Source: Longivirga aurantiaca
GTDB taxonomy: Bacteria > Actinomycetota > Actinomycetes > S36-B12 > CAIYMF01
Direction: 5' to 3'
NCBI RefSeq assembly: GCF_042660085.1
Contig: NZ_JBHSTI010000039.1
Location: 1 to 15,908, forward strand
DNA length: 15,908 bases
A model generated the notes under the pieces. It had not been told where the DNA came from. It ran no database searches and saw only the letters and a list, made by a program, of their open reading frames with translations. The stretch's first letter is position 1; each line of letters opens with the position of its first letter. Positions 1 through 7,350 of this stretch are shown here, piece after piece. Made by a program: the position numbers and the translations under genes.

Positions 1-2
1 CG

Positions 3-1544
3 GCGTTCCTCTACGTGACGAACTGGTGGTACGTGCTGGGGGACACGTCGTACTTCGAGGCGACGGGCCGTCCGCCGATGCTGCAGCACCTGTGGTCGTT
101 GGCGGTGGAGGAGCAGTTCTACCTGCTGTGGCCGGTGCTGTGCTGGTTGCTGTGGAAGGTGGGCCGCACCCGGGGGATCCGGGTGGGCGCTGTGGTGGGG
201 GCTCTGGTCTCGACGGCGGCGATGGTGTGGATCTCGGTCGCGCAGGGGATGCCTGAGGCGGCTGACCCGAGCCGGGTGTACTTCGGGTCGGACACCCACG
301 CGATGACCCTGCTCGTGGGCGCAGCCCTCGCAACCGTGTGGAAGGCCGCGCGGATCAACGCCGTCGTGACCGCGCGGGGGCGGCGAGCGGCGACAGGTCT
401 CGGTGTCGTCTCGCTCCTCGCGCTGCTGGCGACGTTCTGGTTCGTCGGCTACGACTCCCCTCTCCTCTACCTCGGCGGCTTCCTCGTGGTGGGGCTGATC
501 ACCGCGGGGTTCGTGGCCGCGGCGTCGGTGACGTCGTCGTCGTTCGCGACCGTGCTCGGTGCGCAGCCGCTGCGCTGGATCGGCGAGCGGTCCTACGGCA
601 TCTACCTCTGGCACTGGCCCGTCTTCATGGTGCTGCGTCCGGGCATCGACCTCGACGCCGAGGGCCTCGAGGTGCAGGCCCTGCGCCTGGCGATCACCTT
701 GGCGCTCGCCGAGCTCTCGTACCGCTACGTCGAGACGCCGATCCGCCACGGCCTCATCGGTCGAGCCTGGACCCGCTGGAAGGAGGCCGGCGGCTTCGCG
801 CTCGCCGGCCGCTCGGCCGTCGCCGTCGTGACGACGCTGACCGTCGTCGCGGCGTTGGGCCTCGGGCTCGCGAACGCGCGGACGACGACCTTCGAGGAGA
901 CCCTCGGCGGCGTGGACGGCGTCGGCAACGAGAGCCTCACGCCGCTGCCGTCGTCGACCTCGCCGACACCGACGCCGACGACCAGCGCGACCGGCACGGC
1001 GTCGCCGAGCCCGAGCCCGACCTCGACGCGTCCGTCCGACCGGCCCGAGCTCGCCGCGGGCGAGGACGCGTTCGGGCTGTCGTTCACCGCAGTCGGCGAC
1101 TCGGTCCTGCTCGGCGCGCGCGACTCCGTGCTCGAGATGTTCCCCGGCTCCACCGTCGACGCGACGGTGAGCAGGCCGTCGTGGGAGGTGTTCCAGCGGA
1201 TCCTCGACCGCCGCGCCGCGGGCAAGCTCGGCGCGGTGGTCGTGATCCATACCGGCACCAACGGAAGCATCGACGAGCAGCAGTTCGACGACCTGCTGCA
1301 GGTGCTGCAGGACCGCTCGCGCGTCGTGCTGGTGACGGTGAAGGCGCCACGATCGTGGACGCCGGAGGACAACGCGATCATCCGGCGCCTCGCGGCGAAG
1401 TACGCCGACGGCAACGTGCGGCTCGCTGACTGGGAGGACTACTCCCGCGGCAAGCGGGCGTGGTTCTACCCCGACGGCATCCACATGAGGCCGGACGGCG
1501 CCGACGCGTACGCCCAGCTGCTGCGCGAGGCGATCTCCCGCTGA
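3..1544 (+). CDS. Acyltransferase family 3 (OafA/YrhL-like) membrane protein with C-terminal SGNH-hydrolase-like domain; 5' truncated by window start
   Basis: Open frame from the window start (AFLYVTNWWYVLG...). Motif-like SLAVEEQFYLLWPV and multiple hydrophobic segments, RWIGERSYGIYLWHWPVF, a Pro/Thr/Ser linker, then FTAVGDSVLLGAR (GDS-like block), HTGTNG and YPDGIHMRPDGADAYA (Asp/His block). Ends TGA 1542-1544. Confidence 0.9.
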   Translation, partial: AFLYVTNWWYVLGDTSYFEATGRPPMLQHLWSLAVEEQFYLLWPVLCWLLWKVGRTRGIRVGAVVGALVSTAAMVWISVAQGMPEAADPSRVYFGSDTHAMTLLVGAALATVWKAARINAVVTARGRRAATGLGVVSLLALLATFWFVGYDSPLLYLGGFLVVGLITAGFVAAASVTSSSFATVLGAQPLRWIGERSYGIYLWHWPVFMVLRPGIDLDAEGLEVQALRLAITLALAELSYRYVETPIRHGLIGRAWTRWKEAGGFALAGRSAVAVVTTLTVVAALGLGLANARTTTFEETLGGVDGVGNESLTPLPSSTSPTPTPTTSATGTASPSPSPTSTRPSDRPELAAGEDAFGLSFTAVGDSVLLGARDSVLEMFPGSTVDATVSRPSWEVFQRILDRRAAGKLGAVVVIHTGTNGSIDEQQFDDLLQVLQDRSRVVLVTVKAPRSWTPEDNAIIRRLAAKYADGNVRLADWEDYSRGKRAWFYPDGIHMRPDGADAYAQLLREAISR

Positions 1545-1553
1545 ACCCGGGTG

Positions 1554-2822
1554 CTAGGTGGTGCTGTCCGGGACGAACTGGCCGACGTACGGCTTCACCC
1601 GCTGGTACGACTCGCGCAGGGCCGCCCGGACGTCGGGGTCGAGCTGCGAGCCCTTGTAGTTGCGGGCGTCGAGCACCTGGTAGCCGAGGGCCTCGACCGT
1701 GAAGGTCGGGATGAGCTCCGGCTTGCGGGCCACGACCTTGCCGTCGGAGTCGCGGCTCAGCGTGACGCGTCCGATCACGCTGTCGCGCGCGTTGGGGCGC
1801 CAGTTGATGAGGTTGCCGAGGCCGTACAGCGCGAAGCCGTCGGTGACCGCGGCCTCCGGCTCGGGCACGTGGCTCCCCGTGCCGACGACGAGGTCGACGT
1901 CGGCCTTCTCCAGCAGCCAGTTGTCCCACCGGGTCTGGTTGTTCGTGGGGGTGTAGTTGAGCTCGTCGGCGTCGTGCATCGACACCACGACGTACTCCGC
2001 GCCGAGCGCCCGCGCCTTCTTGACGTCGGCGACGATCCGCTCGCGCTGCGCCGTCGCCATCCGCCAGGGCTGGTCGGCGGGGATCGGGAGGCCGCCGACC
2101 TCGGTGTACGACAGGTGCGTGACCTTGAAGCCCGCGACGTCGAGCACGGTGGGCTCGAGACCACCGGGCCCGCCGGAGGTGCCCGCCTGGGTGAGGCCGG
2201 TGCGCGTGAAGGCAGCGAGCGTGGCGTCCGAGCCGCGGGCGCCGCGGTCGAGGGCGTGGTTGGACGCCGTCGAGCAGCGGTCGAACCCGGAGTCCTTCAG
2301 GGCGTCGATCACCTGGGGCGGCGTGGCGTAGCGGGGCTCCATGCCCTCGCCCTTCGGGATCACCGGCAACTCGAGGTGGCAGACCGCCAGGTCCGCGCCC
2401 GCGATGATCGGCTTGATCGCCGTGAACATCGGGCGGAAATCGAAGGTGCGGCCGCCGCCGTTGTTCAGCGCTCGGTCGATGAGCGACTGGTGCATGAGCA
2501 CCTCGCCGGTGAACACCAACGTCGCGGTGCCGCCGTCGCCCTGCCCCGCGCTCGCGGTGGGGTCGGGCGTGGCCGGCGGCTCGGACTCGGGCGACGACGA
2601 CGTCTCCGTCGGCTCGGGGGTCGTGGGCTCCGGCGACGGCGCGGCGCGGGTCGAGGCCGCCGGGCTGGGTGACGCGGAGGTCGGCATCGGGGACGCGGTG
2701 GGCGTCGCGGACTCGGCGCCCGTGAGCGAGCAGCCGGCGAGGCTCAGGGCCGCCGCCGCGGCCAGGAGGCTGACGGTGCGCGCATGTCGTGACCCGCCGA
2801 TGAAGGGGGGTTCCGCCTGCAT
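1554..2822 (-). CDS. CapA-family (poly-gamma-glutamate capsule biosynthesis-like) putative lipoprotein
   Basis: Translation contains ATLVFTGEVLMHQSLIDRA, DLAVCHLELPV, FDRCSTASNHALDRG, VVSMHDADE, LVVGTGSHVPEPEA and YGLGNLINWRP, typical of the CapA metallophosphatase-like fold. N-terminal hydrophobic stretch ends in lipobox-like LAGC, followed by a Pro/Ser/Thr linker. The exact start may lie slightly downstream of 2822. Confidence 0.88.
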   Translation of the reverse strand: MQAEPPFIGGSRHARTVSLLAAAAALSLAGCSLTGAESATPTASPMPTSASPSPAASTRAAPSPEPTTPEPTETSSSPESEPPATPDPTASAGQGDGGTATLVFTGEVLMHQSLIDRALNNGGGRTFDFRPMFTAIKPIIAGADLAVCHLELPVIPKGEGMEPRYATPPQVIDALKDSGFDRCSTASNHALDRGARGSDATLAAFTRTGLTQAGTSGGPGGLEPTVLDVAGFKVTHLSYTEVGGLPIPADQPWRMATAQRERIVADVKKARALGAEYVVVSMHDADELNYTPTNNQTRWDNWLLEKADVDLVVGTGSHVPEPEAAVTDGFALYGLGNLINWRPNARDSVIGRVTLSRDSDGKVVARKPELIPTFTVEALGYQVLDARNYKGSQLDPDVRAALRESYQRVKPYVGQFVPDSTT

Positions 2823-2926
2823 GGCGGGACCTTATGTGAGCCGTGCGCGCGGCGCCGCACGGACAATGCGGCGGAACCAGCGCGTTGCAGGGATCGCCGG
2901 CTCAGCCGACGGCCGGAGCCACGGCA

Positions 2927-3646
2927 TCAGTCCTGGTCGTCGTGGTCGTCGCCGTGCTGGCCGCTCGGACCATTGCCCTGGGGGCCGTTGCTCGGTTTCG
3001 GCGTGGGTGCAGGGGTGGCCGTCGCGCTCGGCGCCGGGCTCTGGCTGGCCGTCGCGGTGGGCTCGGCGCCCGTCGAGCCCGTCCGCGCCGGGCCGTCAGA
3101 GTCCTTGTCGTCGTCCTTCGCCGTGCGGGTGGCGGTCGGGCGCACCTCGGCATCACCGTCGTCGTCACGGTCGCTATCGGCGGCCTCTGTCTCCTGCGCG
3201 CGCGGCGTGCTCGAGCGCGTCGGAGCGGGCCCGATCCGCTCTTCCGCCGTGCGCGACTCGGCCGGCTCCGGCTCGGCGCTCTCGCTCTCCATCGGTGCGG
3301 GCGTGCTGAGGACGGGTCCGGGCGCGTCCGGCCGCGGCTCGACGCCGGGGACGACCGGAGCGACGGACTGCGGAGGCCGCGGGGGCTCGACGTCGTCCGA
3401 GCGCAGCCGGGAGATCCCGACAGCTGCCGCACCCGTGACGGCGACCGCGGCGATGCTCGCGATCACCTTGGTGCTGAGACCGGCCTGCGTGGCTGCGCCG
3501 CCGAGGTGCCCCGTCGGGAGGGCGAGGGCGGGCAGCGGGACGAGCGGACCCATGAGCTGAGCAAGCGCAGGCGACGGCACGGGCCGCTGGGCGTCGGCCC
3601 AGGCCCGCAGCGTCATCTCGACCCCGCGTGAGGTCAGCGTGCTCAT
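2927..3646 (-). CDS. Hypothetical single-TM protein with long Pro/Thr/Ser/Asp-rich C-terminal tail, downstream of an ECF sigma factor (possible anti-sigma or accessory membrane protein)
   Basis: MSTLTSRGVEMTLRAWADAQRPVP... with TM segment VIASIAAVAVTGAAAVGI and low-complexity tail ending GQHGDDHDDQD. GGAG ribosome-binding-like sequence just upstream. A GTG at 3647-3649 is an alternative start. Confidence 0.65.
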   Translation of the reverse strand: MSTLTSRGVEMTLRAWADAQRPVPSPALAQLMGPLVPLPALALPTGHLGGAATQAGLSTKVIASIAAVAVTGAAAVGISRLRSDDVEPPRPPQSVAPVVPGVEPRPDAPGPVLSTPAPMESESAEPEPAESRTAEERIGPAPTRSSTPRAQETEAADSDRDDDGDAEVRPTATRTAKDDDKDSDGPARTGSTGAEPTATASQSPAPSATATPAPTPKPSNGPQGNGPSGQHGDDHDDQD

Positions 3647-3680
3647 CACGTCTCCGTCATCGGTTGGGGAGCCCCGCAGG

Positions 3681-4373
3681 TTACGGGTGCTCGAACGCCG
3701 TCCTGACCCGCGCGTCGGGCGGGCGGCCCTGGCCGGCGCGGTCGGGGGCGCCGCGGCGTGCCGGCGGCCGGTCGGGCGTGCCGCGGTCGGCCGCCACACG
3801 CACCGCCGCAGCGCGGTCCTCGGCGGCACGGCGGGCCGCTGCGACCGCGCGGTGGTGCAGCTGCTTGACCGCGCCGACGGTGCGACCGGTGGCCTCGGCC
3901 ACCTGCTCCACCGAGAGGTCGCCGATCGTGCGCAGGAGCAGCACCTCGCGCTGCTCGGGCGTGAGGGCGGCGAGCATCGCGCGCACCTCGACGTCGACGA
4001 TCTCGTCCATCGCGTCGTCCTCGGCGCTCGCGCTGCTGCGCGGGTCGGCCTCGGGCGTGTACTCGTCGACGTCCACCTTGCGGCGCAGCACGTCGACGGC
4101 CTTGTGGTGGGCGATCGTGAACAGCCAGGAGCGGAACGCCGCGGCGTCGCCGGTGAAGGTGCCGATCGAGGAGAACGCCGCGAGGAAGACGTCGCTGGTG
4201 ACGTCGTCCGCGGCGGTCACGCCGCGGGCCTTCAGGTAGCCGTTGACGCGGGGCGAGAGCGCCTGCCAGATCCAGCCGAACGCGTCGGTGTCCCCGGCCC
4301 GCGCCGCCGTCACCCAGGCGTCGAGATCGTGCTGGGGCGTCGCGTCGCGCCGTGCGCGCGCCGTCCAGCCCAT
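3681..4373 (-). CDS. RNA polymerase sigma factor, ECF / sigma-70 family
   Basis: DTDAFGWIWQALSPRVNGYLKARGV...ADDVTSDVFLAAFSSIGTF...FRSWLFTIAHHKAVDVLRRK (region 2) and MLAALTPEQREVLLLRTIGDLSVEQVAEATGRTVGAVKQLHHRAVAAARR (region 4 HTH). Start taken at ATG 4371-4373. Confidence 0.9.
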   Translation of the reverse strand: MGWTARARRDATPQHDLDAWVTAARAGDTDAFGWIWQALSPRVNGYLKARGVTAADDVTSDVFLAAFSSIGTFTGDAAAFRSWLFTIAHHKAVDVLRRKVDVDEYTPEADPRSSASAEDDAMDEIVDVEVRAMLAALTPEQREVLLLRTIGDLSVEQVAEATGRTVGAVKQLHHRAVAAARRAAEDRAAAVRVAADRGTPDRPPARRGAPDRAGQGRPPDARVRTAFEHP

Positions 4374-4534
4374 CGCCGTCGTCCCCTCGTCGTGACTCCT
4401 CTCAGCATCGTCTGCCGAGGCGCGCGTCTGAACCGTGGGACGGGAGGCGTCACCCGTGGGGCGGCACGATGCCCTGCTCAGTGGTCGGGGTGGCGATTCC
4501 CGTTGCTGCAGATGGGTGAATCGGCGGCGTACCC

Positions 4535-4570
4535 GTGACCGCCCGGGCACGCGCAGCGATGGCAGGGGTG
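4535..4570 (+). repeat. Copy A of a diverged ~35-bp direct repeat (GTGACCGCCCGGGCACGCGCAGCGATGGCAGGGGTG)
   Basis: Ungapped alignment by eye to the copy at 4926-4961, with mismatches only at scattered positions. Confidence 0.55.
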
Positions 4571-4703
4571 AACTGCTCGGCGGTCGATCGGCAGCACGGG
4601 GGTGTCGGTCTGCGGCACGAGCACGACGTCGGCGAACGGTCGTCCCACCCGGTCGCCGGCACGGTCGGTCGAGCGGGCCCTGACCTCCCGGCGGCAGACC
4701 CTG

Positions 4704-4748
4704 CCACCTGGGTGGCGCTCCCTTTGCGGGGGAGAGCCACCCAGGTGG
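4704..4748. promoter_or_regulatory. Strong hairpin / inverted repeat in the intergenic region
   Basis: CCACCTGGGTGGC (4704-4716) is the exact reverse complement of GCCACCCAGGTGG (4736-4748). After a G/A mismatch the inner arm continues CTCCC (4718-4722) / GGGAG (4730-4734). Confidence 0.7.
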
Positions 4749-4925
4749 GCCAGCCTCGCGGTGCCAGTCCGCGATGGGCTCGGATGTCGCAGTGGGCAGC
4801 GGCGTCGCCCGCTGCGGCATCCGAGCCATGGGCGCCCACGCCGCCCTCCCCTGCCTCCGCCTCGGAGCCCCTCGCGTCCTCAATCCGTGCTCATTGGCCC
4901 GAACGGGTTCAGGTCCGGCGATGCC

Positions 4926-4961
4926 GTGACCGCACGGGCACGCAGCGCGATTGCGGGAGTG
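4926..4961 (+). repeat. Copy B of the diverged direct repeat (GTGACCGCACGGGCACGCAGCGCGATTGCGGGAGTG)
   Basis: Aligned by eye with copy A. Both read V-T-A-R-A-R-x-A-x-A-G-V in the forward direction. Confidence 0.55.
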
Positions 4962-4987
4962 TCCTGATACCTCACGAGGTCGGCGTC

Positions 4988-5239
4988 ATGAAGAGCATCG
5001 GCGGTACGCACACCCGCTCCACGGGTGCGAGCACCCGCCGGAGCTTCGACCGGACGTCGGGGCGCCCCTGGCACACCGGCAGGGACGTCGTCCGCCTGGT
5101 GGGTCCGCCGGTGGTGGCCCTGGGTCTTCTCATCTCGATCCTTCATGCACCGCCCGGCCTCGCGGCCGAGCTGCCCAGTGCCACCACCGTCGGGAACGTG
5201 CAGCAGTCATCGCACTCATCCAGCGGGAGCACACCGTGA
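4988..5239 (+). CDS. Small putative membrane/secreted protein (83 aa)
   Basis: ATG at 4988 with GAGG-like sequence upstream. MKSIGGTHTRSTG... contains hydrophobic VVRLVGPPVVALGLLISILHAPPGLAA. Stop TGA 5237-5239 overlaps the start of the next ORF. Confidence 0.45.
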   Translation: MKSIGGTHTRSTGASTRRSFDRTSGRPWHTGRDVVRLVGPPVVALGLLISILHAPPGLAAELPSATTVGNVQQSSHSSSGSTP

Positions 5240-5661
5240 CCACCCTCGAGACCTTCATCACCGAGCTCCACCCGCCAACGGCCGTCACCGAGCAGATCCA
5301 CCCTGCCGCCGTCCTCGCCGAGGAGCCCGGGCACGTCGTGATCATGGGGCTCAGCGCGATCGACGTCCGGCACAACGGCGTCTGGGACACCAGCACCGGA
5401 TCGTGGACTCGCTACGACCAGCCCTGGCGCTCGGCGCACGACCCGGGCGACGCCGTCGCCGTCGGCGCGGTCCACGTGACCTACGGCGTGCCCTCGCGCT
5501 ACGACATCACGCTCTACCGCGTGAGCATCACCGAGCACGGTGCCGGGCTCGGGTGGACCGTGCCGGCCCTCGTCGACGAGGTGCTGCGCCCGACGCGCCT
5601 GACGCTCGACACCATCCCGCGGGCCGCGCTGAAGGAAGCCCCGCGACCGTTCCGCTTCTAG
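5236..5661 (+). CDS. Hypothetical protein (141 aa)
   Basis: GTG start at 5236-5238 overlapping the upstream stop as GTGA. Translation VTTLETFITELHPPTAVTEQIHPAAVLAEEPGHVVIMGLSAIDVRHNG... has a normal globular composition. No family recognised. Confidence 0.6.
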   Translation: MTTLETFITELHPPTAVTEQIHPAAVLAEEPGHVVIMGLSAIDVRHNGVWDTSTGSWTRYDQPWRSAHDPGDAVAVGAVHVTYGVPSRYDITLYRVSITEHGAGLGWTVPALVDEVLRPTRLTLDTIPRAALKEAPRPFRF

Positions 5662-5700
5662 GGCGACCGTCGTAGGCACCCCGGGCGGGACGGGCACGCG

Positions 5701-7350
5701 TCAGGACGCGGGACCGCTCCGCAGGGCTGTGAGCGTCTGCCATGCGCGGGTGGCGAGCTGGAGGTTGAAGAACACCTCGGGGTCGGACAGGTCCAGGCCG
5801 GAGATCTGCCGGATGCGCTGCAGCCGGTACTTGAGGGTGTTGCGGTGCACGATCAGCGACCCGGCGGTCGCGACGTAGTTGCCGACGTGCTGCAGGTAGT
5901 GCATGAGCGTGCGCACCAGCTCGGAGTTGCGCTTCTCGTCGTACTCCAGCAGCGAGCCGATCCAGCGCTGGATGAACCGCTCGACCTCCCCGAGGTCTTC
6001 GGCGCCGACGAGGAGCCGGTAGACCCCGAGGTCGTCGAAGCGCACAGCCTGGTCGGACCACTCCGCCGAGCGCATGAGCTGCAGGGCCAGGCGCGACTGC
6101 CGGAACGACTGCGGGAAGTCCGAGACGGCTCCGCACTCCTCCCCTACGGCGAGGCGCACGCTCGCGCCGCCGAGGCCGCGGATGATTGACTGTCGCAGCG
6201 CCTCCCAGTCCGACTCCCGGTCGGCAAGGAGCACCACCTGCGAGCCACGGGCCACCAGCAGGCTGCCCGCGCCCTCGTCCCTCGCCGCGATGCGCACGGC
6301 TTGGAACAGCGCGTCGATCCCGATGCTGCCGCGACCACCCTCGACCAGCACGACCCGGTGCGGCCGCTGCAGGTCGTAGCCGAGAGCGGCAGCGCGGGCC
6401 AGCGCGCTCTCCTCCTCCGTGCCGTTGAGCAGCTCGTCCACCAGGTCGCGACGTACGCGGAGCTCGCTCTCGGCGAGGCTGCGCACGCGGGCGAGCTCCA
6501 TCGCCAGGATGGTGGCCCCGTGCTCGAGCGCCATCACGTCGTGCTCGCCGGCCTGACCTCCCGGGTCGACGAGGCTGATCACGCCGAGGACGTCGCCCTG
6601 CGGGTGCGCCAGGGCGATCAGGCTGCCCCCCTCGCGAATGGGGCGGTTGGACGCGCGAGCGCGGCGCAGCAGGTCCTCGCGCCTGCGGGCGGAATCCTTG
6701 GGATACGGCTCCGGCCGCTGCGGACCGGCCCACGCCTTGAGGTTGCCGTACCGGTCCTCGATGGCGACCGGCAGACCCGTGAGCTCGTGCACAGCGCGGG
6801 CGATGCCGTCGCGACCTTCGCCCGAGACAGCGACGGCGGTCAGCCGGTCGTGGATCTCGATGCTGCGCTCGAGGGCGCCGAGGGATCCGCGCAGCCGCTC
6901 GTTGACCTCCGAGAGCTCCTCGGCCGCAGCGAGCTCCTGTGCGTGCAGATGCCGGTTGGCCAGCGCTGCGCCCGTCTGCTGCGCCAGCGCGCGCAGCAGG
7001 AACTGCTCCTCGCTCGTCGGTTCCTCGTCGGCCGCGACGACGAGGACGCCGAAGCGTCCGGGAGGGCTCCCCAGCGGGTAGCCCCAGCCCCAGGCGGCGC
7101 CGCTCACCTCGACCGGCCCGCCCACCGGCCCGTTGCCGGTCGTCGTGCGGTCCAGGCCGGCGTGCTCGCCCGGCTCCAACGACGCCACCCGGCAACGAGC
7201 CAGCGACGGGACGGCCGTCATCGCGAGCTCGAGGATCTGACGTTCACCCGAGCTCTCGGTCATGAGCTGCCCCAGCACGAGCAGGCTGCGCATGGTGGAG
7301 AGCAGCCCACGCCCGAGCTGGTCCGAGACCTCCAGCTCGGGCCCGGTCAT
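5701..7350 (-). CDS. PucR/CdaR-family helix-turn-helix transcriptional regulator with N-terminal GAF-like sensory region
   Basis: C-terminus FNLQLATRAWQTL preceded by YLQHVGNYVATAGSLIVHRNTLKYRLQRIRQISGLDLSDPE, the canonical PucR-type HTH. Middle VRLAVGEECGAVSDFPQSFRQSRLALQLMR is GGDEF-like/CdaR-like. N-terminus ERQILELAMTAVPSLARCRVASLEPG is GAF-like. Start ATG 7348-7350 overlaps the stop of the upstream gene (ATGA). Confidence 0.85.
   Translation of the reverse strand: MTGPELEVSDQLGRGLLSTMRSLLVLGQLMTESSGERQILELAMTAVPSLARCRVASLEPGEHAGLDRTTTGNGPVGGPVEVSGAAWGWGYPLGSPPGRFGVLVVAADEEPTSEEQFLLRALAQQTGAALANRHLHAQELAAAEELSEVNERLRGSLGALERSIEIHDRLTAVAVSGEGRDGIARAVHELTGLPVAIEDRYGNLKAWAGPQRPEPYPKDSARRREDLLRRARASNRPIREGGSLIALAHPQGDVLGVISLVDPGGQAGEHDVMALEHGATILAMELARVRSLAESELRVRRDLVDELLNGTEEESALARAAALGYDLQRPHRVVLVEGGRGSIGIDALFQAVRIAARDEGAGSLLVARGSQVVLLADRESDWEALRQSIIRGLGGASVRLAVGEECGAVSDFPQSFRQSRLALQLMRSAEWSDQAVRFDDLGVYRLLVGAEDLGEVERFIQRWIGSLLEYDEKRNSELVRTLMHYLQHVGNYVATAGSLIVHRNTLKYRLQRIRQISGLDLSDPEVFFNLQLATRAWQTLTALRSGPAS

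Noticed and set aside
953-1030. Short CCGACGCCGACG / ACGCCGACG-like reiterations in the acyltransferase gene as a tandem repeat or CRISPR-like array
   Set aside because: These are codons of a Pro/Thr/Ser linker between domains, imperfect and in-frame. There is no repeat-spacer architecture.
1551-2672. Long + strand ORFs antisense to the CapA-like gene (373 aa and others)
   Set aside because: Arg/Gly/Ala/Val-rich low-information translation typical of GC-rich shadow frames. The minus-strand frame has clear family motifs.
2841-2862. CCGTGCG...CGCACGG inverted repeat as a terminator for the 2927-3646 gene
   Set aside because: 7-bp arms in very GC-rich sequence, about 65 bp past the stop and with no T-tract. 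Could be real but not supportable as a call.
4535-4987. N-terminal extension of the small-ORF frame (234-aa version starting at 4535)
   Set aside because: The extension is Ala/Pro/Arg-rich, passes through the hairpin and has no coding character. The ATG at 4988 with a nearby ribosome-binding-like sequence is more plausible.
5143-5697. 183-aa minus-strand ORF opposite the 141-aa protein
   Set aside because: No motif, high Arg/Gly/Val content. The forward frame has better amino-acid composition and an overlapping-start arrangement.
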